Below are positions 10,894 through 24,146 of a stretch of 64,000 bases of DNA, piece after piece. A program made the translations under genes and the position numbers. Position 1 is the stretch's first letter; each line of letters begins with the position of its first letter. Source of the stretch: Callorhinchus milii (lineage: Eukaryota); NCBI RefSeq assembly GCF_018977255.1, contig NW_024704743.1:22942001-23006000 (forward strand). The letters are read 5' to 3'. The notes beneath the pieces were generated by a model. It searched no databases and was not told where the DNA came from. It saw nothing but the letters and a program-made list of their open reading frames with translations.

Positions 10894-12587
10894 CTACTCT
10901 AGCTGAGGCCTAACCAGTGCTTTATAGAGGTTCATCATAACTTTGTGACTTTTGCATTCTATACCTCTGTTTATAAAGCATAGTATCCCGCATGCTTTTT
11001 TTTAACAGCTTTATCTCCCAGTGCTGCTCCTTGGTCTCTCTGTTCCTTCACCCCTTTTAAGATTGTACCATCAACTTATATTGCCTCTCCTCATTCTTCC
11101 TCCCAAAATGCATCACTTTACATTTCTCCACATTAAACTTCATCTGCCACGTGTCTGCCCATTTTACCAGTCTGTCTATGTCCTCTTGCAGTCTGCTGCT
11201 ATCCTCCTCACCATTTACTACTTTTTCTAGCTTGATATCATCTGTAAACTTGGAAATTGTACTCCCTATACCCAAGTCCAGGTCATTTATATAGATCAAA
11301 ACGACCAGTGGTCCCAATACCAGCCCCTGGGGGACACAACTGTACACTTTCCTCCAGTCAGAAAAACAACAGTTCACAACTACTCTCTGCCTTCTGTCTC
11401 CCAGAGAGTTCAGTATCCATGCTGCCACTGTCCCTTTAATACCGTGGACTTCTATTTTGCTTACAAGTCTTCTATGTGCCACTTTATCAAATGCCTTTTG
11501 AAAATCCATATAAACTACATCAACTGCACTACCTTCATTCACCCTCTCCATTACTTCATCAAAAAACGCTATCAGGTTTGTTAGACACGATTTGCCTTTC
11601 ACAAATCCGTGTTGGCTGTCCTTTGTTAACCCATACTTTTCAGAAATTAATTTTGTCCCGGATTATCATCTCCAGAAGTCTCCCCACCACTGACGTTAGG
11701 CTGACTGGCCTATATTTCCCCGGGATTATTCTTCTGCCATTTTTTGTACAGGGGAGTAACATTTGCAACCCTCCAGTCGTCTGGCACCACCTTGGTGTCC
11801 TAGGATGATTGAAAGATTATGCCCAGAGCCTCCGCTGTTTCCACCCTTACTTCCCTCAGTAACCTTGGATGCATCCCATCCTGACTGGGTGCATTATCTT
11901 CTACAATGCAATCTGTTAGCCAAACATTAGGAATCATTTAGTTCCTGGTGCACTACTTTTTGAGTACCCCTGTTCATCACTTTCTCTAATTCCTAAATTA
12001 CAATCTAGAATATATTCTCATTTCATTTGATCAATATCAGCAACATTATTTTTGAGAACAGGATTCTATCTTGTATAGTATAAGGTGACATTTAATGCAA
12101 AAAAAGCCTGTGGGCATTTGATTTTCTTATTGATGGGCAATAGTATGTGTTGGTTATTGCCCCATATCAGCATTTCCCCTTGTAGTGATGAGCGAAAAAT
12201 GTAAATATTGTATCCAGTGGATTGTACTTGTTAAAGAAAATTCTTTAACATCTGTTGTTAGTGTATAACGGTCTATAATTAGTTTGACAAATGGACACTT
12301 TGTGTAAATAATTAAAGATCATGAAATTTAGCTGGAATCGTGCGAAAAATCATTGCTGCAGTTCAACTGCTGTAGATACTTTTTAGTGATATAATAATGA
12401 TCACATCTGTTGCTTGCATATCTGTTATTAATGCTGTAATTGTTGGCACTGATCAAAGTGCTATGGTTCTGTGAAGCTTGATGGGATACTGGGCTAACTC
12501 AGATTGATTTATTGGTGTTGTTAATTTAAGGTGGTATTTTGTGATGGCACACAAAAATGTCAACTTTGAAGTTTAAAACATCATTCA

Positions 12588-12845
12588 GCAACAACAACAA
12601 CTTGCATTTATCTAGTGCCCTTCATGCGGGTGGCATTTCGGAGCGCTTAACAGTGTCTAAGCCCAATGTCGAGCCGGGGAGAGGGGGAAGTTGACCGTAG
12701 GCATGGTTGAAGAGGAAGGTCTTCAAGTGCGAACTGAAAATGGGGAGAAAGAGGCAAGGTGAAGGGAGGCGTAGGATATTGTGGCAAAGTTCCACAGCTT
12801 CGGGGCACAGTGTCTGAAAGCATGGCAGCTGATGGTGGGGTTGGG
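12588..12845 (-). mobile_element. L2 LINE 3' end
   Basis: (CAA)n tail, with LKTFLFNHAYG on the minus strand. Confidence 0.75.
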
Positions 12846-13062
12846 GGAATAAAAATGAGAGCAAAAATAGTAAAACTGGTTTTAGACCCAACCATTGTTT
12901 TGAGACCACTCAAGGACATGATAAAGCACTATATCAAATGAAAGGATTATTATTATTATGCAAATTGGGTTCACATCAGGAACCAGTCAGTAGTAATAGA
13001 TTGAAAATTGTGATGTTTTTAACAAAACATCAAGAAAGTTAAGAAACATCATGTTGCATCCT

Positions 13063-13300
13063 ATGAACCCGGTTGTTAGTCGATTGGCGGATCGCTTTTC
13101 TGGGGGCAATAATTCCTTCAAAAAAAAATATTGGTCACTCAATCCACGACTGTTTGTGGGACACTGCTGTGCGAAATTGGCTGTTGTGTTTCGCCCACAA
13201 AATATATTGTCAATTCACTTTACAGTATATTCTGTTGAAGCGCTTTGAGACGTCTCAACGACGTGATAAGGCGCTATGTCAAATGCAAGGATTATTATTA
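13063..13300 (+). mobile_element. Deu SINE, long subfamily, 5' truncated
   Basis: Internal segment gaacccggttgttagtcgattggcggatcgcttttc, Deu core and (att)n tail. Confidence 0.88.
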
Positions 13301-14746
13301 TCACCACTAATAATTATCACATTAACTAAAATTGCTGTCAAGACCCATTGGCCCTGTGGGTAAATCAGTTAACCCACTCCCTACCTCCGACTTGGCCATA
13401 ATGATTTGGCGCTAAACCAGCCTAAACATGTAAACATTTCCGCGCTAGAGAGTACTTTCAATTTGTATCAGTTTGTAAATTTAACAGTTGAGACTGTGGC
13501 CGTGTGAGTTTATAATAGGATTTTCGCATTCAAAGCTCATACTGCCAATTTACTGAACATTGGAGCACATTCGCCTGGCAATGTCAGTAAATTTAGACAA
13601 ACGAAAAATCAGTTGAATAAAACTACACTGACCTGTCACTAGACAGAGCAGGTTAGTTTATTTGCCAAAGCCCCTCATATGAGGATGTGGATTAAGCACA
13701 TGATCTTGAGTAACCAAGTGTGCATAATTGGACTTCAACCTACAGAGCATCAAGTTGACTGTCACATCATAAACTGTTCTGAATAAGTCCTTGATCACAC
13801 TGAACCATATTTATCTGTCAAGTAACTGATGAAACTGAGGCTTGGGATGAAAGCTGCTAAAAGGCATTACAGGTTTGTGAACATACTGGGGAAGGGATTC
13901 TTCCCACTCAACTGTTAACCTTGCAAGTCAAAGTCCTAATGAATCCGATGGTTTAGCTAGACAAGCAACAGGAAGCTTGTTCTCAAAAGCAAGTCACATA
14001 TCTTTACCTGGTTAAAATCAAGCAATATCCGAATACACACACTGTGGTGCCTAAGCCTTGGCTATTGTCAACCCAAGCCTAATACTTTCTTGAATTCAGT
14101 AAGCAGAGTGCATCCCTCCCGAGAGAAGGTTTTACATTCCATTACAGGAAGTTTTCATGTGTAGATAGCATACATAAGTGGAACTATCTGTCTAGTTTGG
14201 ATACTCTTAAGCATGGCGATAGGTTTCTGTAAGCGTAGGACACATTGGCTGACTAAATAAAACCCACATGGTTTGGTTTAGGCTTGGTCTAGTTGTAGAA
14301 TGTCTGGTTTGCCAACCTCTCAACAAAAACATTTAGATCATAAGAGTTGCATTTCAGATGTTATTTCCCTCATGTGAACAGTTTATATTACTCATTTGCA
14401 ACTTCATAATAGAATTATTCCAGTTGTGCTTGAACCTATGCCCTTATCTCTATTGGCTCTGTTCCATATTTGTTTGATTTGTGTTCTGGTGCAGTATATT
14501 TCCATTTTGACCATCTGCCCTCTGATTGAATTTGGCTGTGTTCCAATTTACTTGACTTTTTGCAGACTTTTCCTTTTCTTCCTCCTCCAATTGTAGTTAA
14601 ATCATCCTAACAGTATTTTGTTCTTTTGTTCTGATTATGTTGTGATTTATCCAGCTGCGAGACTTACACTCCAACTCCATTCTGTTTTTGATTTATATAT
14701 TTCCTTTCCGGCATAACTTGACTCTGCTGATGTCTGTATGTTATAT

Positions 14747-15032
14747 AGTGAAAGACCTGAGTTCAATTCCAGGCAGGGTGAAACCTTGGGTAAGTTTCCT
14801 TACTCCACACAGAGCCCTAATAATAATCCCTCCAAAACCAAAAACAATAATAAATTGGTCATTTTCAATCTATGACTGTTTGTGGGACATTGCTGTGCGC
14901 AATTGGCCGCCGCGTTCGCCCACAAATATACAGTCAATTCACTTTACAGTGTGTTCTGTGAAGCGCTTTGGGACGGCCTCCCGACGTGAAAAGCGCTGTA
15001 TCAAATGCAAGGATTATTATTATTATTATTAT
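14747..15032 (+). mobile_element. Deu SINE, young short subfamily
   Basis: Near-identical inverted counterpart of 4173-4442. Confidence 0.9.
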
Positions 15033-15059
15033 GTTATACTCTAAAGTGATCTTAAAATA

Positions 15060-15320
15060 ATCAGGAGGCATGTTTTCGCATTTTGTTGAGGGGTGGGAGA
15101 GTGTTCCAGGCAGTGGAAATCTGGAACACTCTCCCCCAAAGGCTGTGGATGCTGGATCCATTCAAATTTTCAAGACTGAGGTGGATATATTTTTGATAGG
15201 TAAGGGTATCAAGGGATATGGGGCAAAGGCGGGTAATTGGAATTGAGGTACAGCCGCAATGTAAGAGAATGGCTCAACAGGTTTGAGGGGCTGAATGGCC
15301 TACTCCTGTTCATTTGTTCC
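15060..15320 (+). mobile_element. CR1 3' fragment
   Basis: tggaacactctcccccaaaggctgtggatgctgga...ggggctgaatggcctactcctgttc, similar to the 9950-10165 tail. Confidence 0.8.
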
Positions 15321-16582
15321 TCGCCTCTGAGAGCTGCTTTGCATCGGCTGAACACTGTGCTCTGATACCCCCTGCTCCCTAGAATTACTTAAATTTCCCA
15401 TTCAACATTGTTGTCACTTTTTTTTCCAAATTCTGAAACATTTTTGTTAATGCTCCAATCGCAGATTAGAGTACTTTTCTGGGCTTTGATGCTGGTGTTT
15501 TAGTCCTTCAGAGGACAGAATAATCACGCATTCATAACGTTGGCAAGAATATAAAGCTAATTGTAACATATGATAGATTTTATGCTATGAAAAAATATTT
15601 TATATTTTAATCTGATTTAATTTGTTAGCAGCTCCCATAGATCTAGATTGTTTTGCATTTCCATGAGAACATTAGTAATAGGCATTAAAATACAGGAACT
15701 TATGGAGGCTAGAATCTGGTCACCTTTTCATTATCTTTCATCTTTAAGTTGGTATAAAGATCTCTTTAGTAGCACTTTCTACATAACAATAAAAAGGGTA
15801 AAAATACCACTGATTTTATTTGAGAAATAGAGTAAGTCACATTCAACATTTAATTTTGCTCTCTCTTCATGAGACCAAACTTATGTAAATTTGAGATTGG
15901 TGTACATGATTTTATGTTAATATTAAACAAGACGTTAAATGCAAAGTTAATAATTTATTAGGCATTAGCAAATTCTACATTACAAAGTATAGTGTTGTTT
16001 AAACACTTCCTAATTGATCTCTTAGGGGGATTAAAAAGTCTACGTAATAATTATCACAGCACATAACACAATTTCGCCCTCTTTCCCTTATTTGGCAAAA
16101 TGGAAGAAGTTTGTAACTCTGATCTTGTTTTTAGTGATTTGCGTACGTGGACACCCAAATCCCTTTGTTCTTCCACAGTTCTTAGTTTCTCACCATTTAG
16201 AAAATATTCTGTTTTTATTTTTGGATCCATAGTGAATGACCTCACACTTCCCCAAGTTGAATTCGATCTGCCACAATTGTGAAGTGCACTATATAAATGC
16301 AAGTTGTTATTGTATATCTTAGACTGCGAATATGGTTACCTCAGTATTCCCTTCTCTCCTCTCTCTTGCTTGACTTTCCACGTCATTAATGTCAAGGCAC
16401 TTTTTTTGTGAAGGGCACTTTGGAATGCTATAGAATAGTGGGATTGGATGTCAAGCAAAGGGGTGTGGGAGGTGATTGACCCTATGCACAATTGAAGATG
16501 TAAATCTATGGTGGGATTTAAAGGTAGAGCGTGGCAGGTGGAAGGTGTGAAGCATGGAATTCTTGTGGTTAAAAGCATAGTT

Positions 16583-16899
16583 GGAGTCCTGTAGCTCATT
16601 GGTTAGAGCACTTGCCTTGCAAGTGAGACAGCTGGGTTCAATTCCAGGCAGGGCGAAACCTTGGGCAAGTTTCCTTACTCCACACGCCTAATAATAATCC
16701 CTCCAAAACAAAACAATAATAAGTTGGTCATTTTCAATCCACGACTGTTTATGGGAAACTGCTGTGCGCAATTGGCTGCCGGGTTTCGCCCACAAAATAT
16801 ATATGGTCAATTCACTTTACAGTCTATTCTGTGAAGCGCTTTGAGATGTTGAGAAGACGTGAAAAGTGCTATATCAAATGCAAGGATTGTTATTATTAT
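16583..16899 (+). mobile_element. Deu SINE, short subfamily, full length
   Basis: Head ggagtcctgtagctcattggttagagcac (A box) and gggttcaattcc (B box), Deu core and tail. Confidence 0.9.
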
Positions 16900-16904
16900 A
16901 GTGA

Positions 16905-17180
16905 CTGAAGACATGGCCACTGGTGGTGGCATAGAGTGGTCAGGGATACACAGCAGGCCTATGTCAGCTGAGCGAAGGGGATGGGCAGAGAAATGGAGTA
17001 AGAGCAGATCAGAGAGGTAGGCAGGCGCTAGGGCATGAAGGGTGAGGGTGTATGTGAGGAAGTATGTGAGGGTGAGAATATTGAAATCCTGAGCATGCAA
17101 AATGTTGTTATTGTTCCTTAGGATGTTGGAACTTCCAATGTGAGGGGCGCTATATAAATGCAATTTGTTGTTGTTGTTGA
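16905..17180 (-). mobile_element. L2 fragment
   Basis: LHALAPAYLSDLL...HPLRSA on the minus strand, abutting a + strand L2-type (TTG)n tail. Confidence 0.65.
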
Positions 17181-17553
17181 TATTACACTTTGAAATTACT
17201 GGCTGTGCTTGACCTTAGTATGCTTTCTGTTGAGTTACACAGCTCTATTACCAAGCTAGACAACATATAGTATTCCGATAGAGAACTGCACCTTTGGAAA
17301 CAGCTTTGAATCCTGTCCGGACTGCTGTTTGACATACTGTTGGTTGGCACTATGGATTCTAAGTGAAATTGATCGGGACCTGCTGTGCTCAGTTTTCAGT
17401 AATCATTAATCCTCCACAAAATGCTGCAACTTGTTATTGCTTCTGAGAAAGGTTATATGGATGGTTAGTTTGAGAATTGGGAATGGATACAGAATGGGTG
17501 TTTTTCTAAGATTGGAGTTAAGCAATACAGTGTAGGCAATCGCCAATAATATA

Positions 17554-17662
17554 CAGGGTGATCAAAAAGTTGTGATACCATTACAATGTCTAATAAGTCT
17601 TAAAGAAATTATGATTTTTTTTTAGATAATAGGGTAGATATCATGACTTTTTGGTCACCCTG
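17554..17662. mobile_element. Tc1/mariner-type MITE, 109 bp, TA target site duplication
   Basis: TA|CAGGGTGATCAAAAAGTTGTGATA...TATCATGACTTTTTGGTCACCCTG|TA. The 24-bp terminal inverted repeats match at 21/24 positions. Confidence 0.85.
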
Positions 17663-20585
17663 TACAATCCCTACACTTTACAATCCTCTGAAGCACTTTG
17701 AGATGTCCTTCTGATATGAAAGATACTATATCAAATATAAGGACTATTATTACTGAGAACTATTTTACAAATGTTGGTGATTTTTACATTAATTTAGCAC
17801 CTTTCAGAAAATTCATTTTAACAGTCTGCCTTTATACTTAAATATAAATGTGTATCTAAATAACATTCAAATGTATTTTCCAACATGGGTTTAATGTACA
17901 GACTAATGGATTTTGTCAGTAGATTAAAAATAAATAAATGAACAAATCCAATCAATTGAAAAAGCACACGTTTTGGTTATTATAGTGGTAAGTTGTAATT
18001 CTTGCATTTGGTAAAGCCCCAGTGTGTAATATGTCAAATTCTGGTCTATGCCCAGTACCACCATGGGAAAAAAAGTACTACACAAAATAGATGGTATATC
18101 ATCTTGTGATAAAGGAATGGAGTGTATGGGTGATGAACCAGTAGACAAGCCTTACACCTTAATTAAGACTGAACCCGCAACTTGGTTATGTGCATGTACT
18201 GGACGAGCAGTGTGTTAGAGGTTTTAGGTTCACAAGGGAGATAATGACAGAGCTGTGTCAGTTGATTGAGTCTGTTTTAGGAGGATCCTCAATGTCTATG
18301 TGCAATTGAATGCAGCAATTATTCCCTGAACACAGGGTCATTTCAGGAACTAAACAATTGTGGTATATGCACCAGACAGTATATCCACAGGATGTATCAA
18401 GAGCCAGGAAAACCTTCCAAGTGCATAGAGGTTTAATCTAATTTTATTGTACAAACGTGAGGTCCCTTGAAAAAGCAACATTTATTTCCAGAAGCTCTCA
18501 AGGCATCTCACAAGACTTGGTGAAATCAACTGTTGTTTCAACCTGAGTACTACTCAACATTAATTACTCCTCGTCTATTTTGACTTCTAAAATACTCACT
18601 TCTATTTTATTTTAGTTGCAGTTTTGTGATCATAATAAAACAAACAACATCAAAATTTACATTTATAGAGTGTCTTTCATGTCGGGAGGGTGTCCCACAG
18701 ACGCCCCACCATAATATGGATTAAAAGCAAATGATTTTAGTTTGAACAGTTAGAATAGAGGGGGAGGAAATTAAGTATGCAATGTGATAATTTGCACACC
18801 AACAACAAATTGTATTTATATATCGCCTTACACTTTGGGAGGATGTCCCAAGGTGCTGGTCAATGAGATTATTTAGGGAGAGTCAGTGGACCTAATAAAC
18901 GAGGTCCACTCGTACACCACTCCCTAAATACTTTCAGTTGCCCTGGTTTGTATTCTTCAGTGTACTACAGAAAGTGGCTTGGAGTGTCCAAACAAGTCAT
19001 TCATTTTATCCAACTAGTGCTCAATAAAACTTATTACGTAGAAAACAAGAAGTAATTTTGTAATAGATTTATATCTTTGAAATTTGCAAAATAATTTCTT
19101 GCTAAATCTAGCTTTACTACAATATAAGAAGATTAGTGTAAAGCTATTGCATCAGTCGTTGCATTTTGATGAAAATGAAGTGCTACAAAATAAATTTACT
19201 TTTGCTGTAAATACTATTTATAATCCAATACATTAAAATATCTGGCAACCAGATGTAAAATGTATAATACGCTGAATTTTCTACTTGGATTGTGTTACTG
19301 ATAGCTCCTCTTCAACTGAAACACAAAATGTATTGCATTTATTCTGGCAAACAAACACACTACATGGGAGTGAGTCATTTAAAGAAAATAATATTCAGGG
19401 AATTTGCTTATTATACCAAAAAAAGTCTTAGGCACCGGAAGTAAAAGGTGCTGATCATGTTAGGGTATATAGAGCACCTCTGGAGGGGTAATCTATAAAA
19501 TTCTAATAATTCCTGATAAATAACAGAGTCGTTGAGGAGAATGTACAAGCTTGGACTTGTGAAATGTGACATTTTGACTGTTGCTCAGTATGAATCTGGC
19601 TTTTTAAAACCCATATCCCACTAACAGTCAGTGAAAGGTTTCTGTGTAAACCTTTCATTTAAAATGTTTAGTGTAAGGCAATGTTGTGAATCCTGCTTTA
19701 CAGATTTTAATGTTGATTATGGTGTCGTGGGTGGGGAGAATTATTCTGGATGAATATAACAGGATCAGTGAGGAGGTTTATCGTTGTGCATGTAGTGTCA
19801 TATGCATTTCCAACATTGTATTCCAATAGTGGTGAGGTCATTTGAAATATTGGTATCATATTTGCAGGCCATGATATTCATCACATTGATTGGGCCTGAT
19901 TTGGACCCTCACTCTTTACTGATATTTCACCACTCTGATCGGTGAAGTGCCTGAAACTGACGTGGACCATAACATTTAACTGTGGTTAGTGGGATACTGG
20001 CTTTTTAAAAGCTGACATCTCTCTGTCAGTTCACTGACTCATTCAACCTCACAAATCTCAGGCAGAAAGGTACAGAAATAGCAAACTATAGTCTTTTTTT
20101 GCAGGAATAATATATCTCAGTATAAGTGAGAAATGCTCATTCTATGAGATTTGTGGAAAGTTAAGACTATGGTTTGGAAATAAAGATATTTTTATTCTGC
20201 ACATGTTAGACTTGGGTGATAAGTTCAAATTTGTTTGACTCTGGTTATTACAGATTTGTGGTAACTGACAAAATAATGTTTTTATTAGCAAACTGGTGTC
20301 AGAATTTCTAATTTAATTTCAATGAAGCTTCCCTGGCATCTGAGCAGCAATCTGTTGTAGTAAGTGATTTGTAACAATACTTATAACTGTATTTTGGTTA
20401 GATTGCTTCTTTGCAACAAAGCAAAGGTTGGTAGTTAGAGACATATCACAACAGTAGACTAATTATCAAAATGATGCTTTCTTGAACCTATTTCGGAAGC
20501 TGTTTGACATTTTAGTGGAAACAGCTAATTGGGGAATTACTGAAACACCTTGCTATAACATACCAACGCGCTTGTGTTTCTGTAG

Positions 20586-20783
20586 ACTGGTTTTACCACG
20601 CTCCTCGGAAGCCAGTTAACAAACCAGAGAGAGTGGAAGTACAACTTCCACCAACGTCCCAGATCCCAGGCCTAAGTGACCTTGCAGAACCTCACAAGGA
20701 AATTACCTTTGATAACCGCAGAAAATGGATTCGAGACACAGACTCTGACTTCATAAAGCTTTCCAAACAAGGAGGCAGGCCAG
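20586..20783 (+). CDS. C7orf57: C7orf57-like coding exon 2 (DWFYHAPRKPVNKPERVEVQLPPTSQIPGLSDLAEPHKEITFDNRRKWIRDTDSDFIKLSKQGGRP)
   Basis: Acceptor tgtttctgtag, donor CAG|gtaagc, 198 nt, phase 1-1. This is the most conserved block against recalled human C7orf57. Confidence 0.95.
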
Positions 20784-20974
20784 GTAAGCATACTCGTATC
20801 CAATGCTTGACTGCTTTTTTTCTCCTCAGTATTTCATTCATGTACTGTATCCTGTATATAGCTGGTATTATATTTTTGATTTTAGGGATTGAATCATCTT
20901 GATTCAATCCCTAAAATTTATTTTGGATATTTTGTATTTATTGAGTATATTTATGAACAGTTAAATTGCCTTTG

Positions 20975-22225
20975 GAGTGCAAAGGAGTGCATGGAGTTCC
21001 AGAGGGTGGGGGCAGAATGGCTGATTAGCCCGTCTGTCAATGGTGGGGTGAGGTGAGGTGGGGGACGTAAAGCAGGCTGAAGCCCACTGAGTGGAGGGAG
21101 CAGGCAGGTTAGTAGGGGGTTAGCAGGTCGAAGAGATAGGGGGGAAGCAAAACCATGGAGTTCGTTGAAAGTCAGGACCAGAATCTTGAACTGTATCCTC
21201 TGTGTGATGGGAAGCCAGTAGAGTCGGGCGAGGATGGAGGTGATAGGGTCATGGAGCCTGGTGCGGGAAAGCACACAAGCTGCAGAGTTCTGGATGGTCT
21301 GCAGCCTATGGAGGGAGGAGTTGGGGAGGCCGACAAGCAGGAAGTTTGTGTAGTGGAGCTTGGATTTTATGAATGCATGTATGAGGGTCTCAGCAGCCTG
21401 CAGTGTGAGATAGTGGCGGATCCGAGTGATATTGCAGAGGTGGGGAAAGACGGAGCGGATCATGGCATGGATTTTGGGTATGAACGACGGTTGAGGGTTG
21501 AACAGGACGCTGAGGTTCTGTATTGGCTCTGTGAGATGTAGAGTGCATCCATGGAGGGAGATGCTGTCAGCGACCAAGTTGTGGAGACTCTGACGGGAGC
21601 CAAGCAGGAGGGCCTCGGTCTTGTTGACATTCAACTGCAAGCAGTTAGCTCTGATCTAGGACATGATGTCTGACAGGCAGTCTGTCAGGAGAGCAGTGGT
21701 CCTGAAATCGAGGATGGAGGAAGGGTGGTAGAGTTGGGTGTCGTCCACATACATATGGAAGTTGACCCCATGTCTGCGGATGATGTCACCAAGAGGATGC
21801 ATGTAAGATGTTGAAAAGGAGAGGGCCAAGGACAGAGCCCTGATGGACACCACACGTGACGGTGCGGGGGCTGGAGAAGAAGCCGTTAATGGCGAGACAG
21901 TGCGAGAGGTAGGATTTGAACCAGACAAGGGCAGATCCGTAAAGATTGAGCTGAGAGGAGAGATAGTGTAGGAGGATAGAAGAATGGTCGACAGTGTTGA
22001 AGGCAGCAGAGAGGTCGAGGAGGACAAGGAGGCAGAGACAGCCCTGGTCACCGATATTCAGAATGTCATTAGTGACTTTGACCACGGCTGTTTCCATGCT
22101 TTAGACAGCATGGAAATCCAAATGGAGGGGTTCGAAGAGGGAATGGCGGGAGAGGAAAGATTGAAGTTGGGAAGCGATGACTCGTTCCAGGGCCTTGGAG
22201 CGGAAAGAATGGTTGGAGATGATGA
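20975..22225 (-). mobile_element. L2 LINE ORF2 reverse-transcriptase fragment, frameshifted
   Basis: ETAVVKVTNDIL...LLVLLDLSAAFNTVDH...GVHQGSVLGPLLF...YVDDTQLY...QLNVNKTEALLLG...LYWLPITQRIQFKIL across overlapping ORFs. Confidence 0.93.
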
Positions 22226-23740
22226 TAACTGGAGAATAGGGAAGTGGATTTTTCTCAGATGGCGTATCCTTCATCCCAACAATGTAATCAATAAGCAGTA
22301 TGGAGTAAAGAATAGACGTGTACATGTCTGAGTATGTGAGGTTGGAGAAAAAAAGAATAAATACTGTATTATAATAATGTTATAATATAATACTATAATT
22401 GTTCATTTCAATAGTACATTAATCCAGAAGTCTCACTGGCACACAGTCTGATTAGCCTTTGCATATTTTCATCTTCATATCTTGGAAACTAGACAGTACT
22501 CCTCTGATCATACAATGCTAAAATTGTGCATTCTGCCCAAACTTGGGGAGGGATAAAATCTCAATTACTCCAAAGATGGAGTGGAGATTTTTGGAGGTGA
22601 CAAATCACTTCGCGTGTGGCAAGGAAGAATTACAGTGTGCCCAAATGAGTGAATTATCAACCAGCAGATGGCAGAATTGTTCTGCCTGATTTCAGCTACC
22701 CAGGGAATTCTGTCACTGTAGGAATCAAAAAATAAAAGTTTCTACATTGAATACAAGGCATATTCGTGCTTTCACTTGCTCTATTCCTTGAATACGAATG
22801 CTCAACCTTCTTGTCACTGCTGTAGTGGTCTGGAAGCAAACTAATAGAGAAAAGGTAACGTATGCCTAATTCTGTATTGGCCTCTACTTTTGTCCTGGAG
22901 ACATTTCTTTAGAGTCCTTCCAATGGTGAAGACATAGACTCCGAGATGGAGGAAATCAATCTGATAACCCCTTGAATTCAATCTGTCATTGATGATCTGG
23001 CTATTGAGTAAGCGAAGTTCCCAAGGTGGGATGACTTAATTATTACAAATGGAAAAAAACTTTGATCATCTGTGCTAAAAAAACAGAAGAGGACTTCACA
23101 CAGTCTGGTGTTCATGAATTTCTATTGATGATGCTGGTAATAGTTTATGTCAGGATCAATGGAGCAAGCCAATTCTCAGTTTTTTTTGTGATGCAATACT
23201 GATGAGGTGAGTTTCGGCGTTTTAACCATATCAGCATAAAATCCAGTCAGAGTTCATTGTGTAATAAACCTCATAAGTGTATGATTCATCCAGTGTTAGG
23301 CCAAGACAATTTCTGCTTTATTATTGTTATTGTTATTATTTCTTCCATCTGATATGAAAGGCGCTATACAAATGCATTTTTTTGGTGTTCTTGCTTTAGG
23401 ACTCTGTACAAATAATGTACAAAGTAGCATAATCTCTTCTTTTGAAAATGTATTTCTGTGTATTTCTTCCCATTTTTAGGGTGCAAGATTATTTAGGAGA
23501 GGCAATGATAATTATAAATGTTATAAGCAGGGTATCATCTTGAATAGTATTTTCTCGAAATTTTTCTTTCACTTTAACAAGACATTTAAGATTTTTATTT
23601 ATGAAATTGTAACAGTGATTTCTATAACGAAAACATTGTTGAATAGACATTTATTTTAAAATTTGTGTTTTTTTAAAAAAAGATTGCTAACAAATATCAT
23701 AATAAGTTACAATTTGAAATGTAATCAGAACTTTCTGTGT

Positions 23741-24146
23741 GGAGTCCTGTGGAGTAGTGGTTAGTATGCTTGCCTCCAATCGAGAGGACCTGGATTCAAT
23801 TCCCAGGCAGGGTGAAATCTTAGGCAAGTTTCCTTACTCCACATGCCTCTGTTTACCTAGCAGGAACCCGATCGCTTTCTGGGTGTAATAATCCCTCAAA
23901 AAAAATGTGGTCACTCAATCCACGTCTGTTTGCGGGACACTGCTCTGTGCAATTGGCTGCCACGTTTTGCTCACAAAATATACAGTCAATTCACTTTACA
24001 ATATATTCTATAAAGTGCTTTGAGACGCCTCGACGACATGATAAGATGCTATATCAAATGCAAGCATTATTATTCTGCGAAGTGCTTTGAGATGTCTCGA
24101 TGAAGTGATAAGGCGCTGTATCAAATGTAAGGATTATTATTATTAT
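23741..24146 (+). mobile_element. Deu SINE, long subfamily, with a second SINE tail in tandem
   Basis: tRNA head at 23741, gcctctgtttacctagcag segment, and tails ending at ~24074 and ~24146. Confidence 0.88.

Larger units (their letters stand above)
9411..11900 (-). mobile_element. CR1 LINE ORF2 (RT) fragment, split by two + strand CR1 insertions
   Basis: ORF 11057-11602 reads KSCLTNLIAFF...VDVVYMDFQKAFDKVAH...VPQGLVLGP...SKFTDDIKL...WQMKFNVEKCKVMHFG. A CR1 3' tail lies at 9411-9470. Confidence 0.92.

Noticed and set aside
11057..11602. 181-aa reverse transcriptase ORF as an active or domesticated RT
   Set aside because: It is a truncated CR1 fragment with no endonuclease or ORF1 and is interrupted by other insertions.
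16583..16655. tRNA-like sequences with A and B boxes (also at 23741, 27168, 32331, 54680-54745, 59578, 62092, 63914)
   Set aside because: Each runs directly into a SINE body and tail and varies between copies, so these are SINE heads rather than tRNA genes.
20951..21640. 229-aa ORF, the longest in the track, as a host gene
   Set aside because: It is a frameshifted L2 ORF2 fragment lying antisense in an intron.
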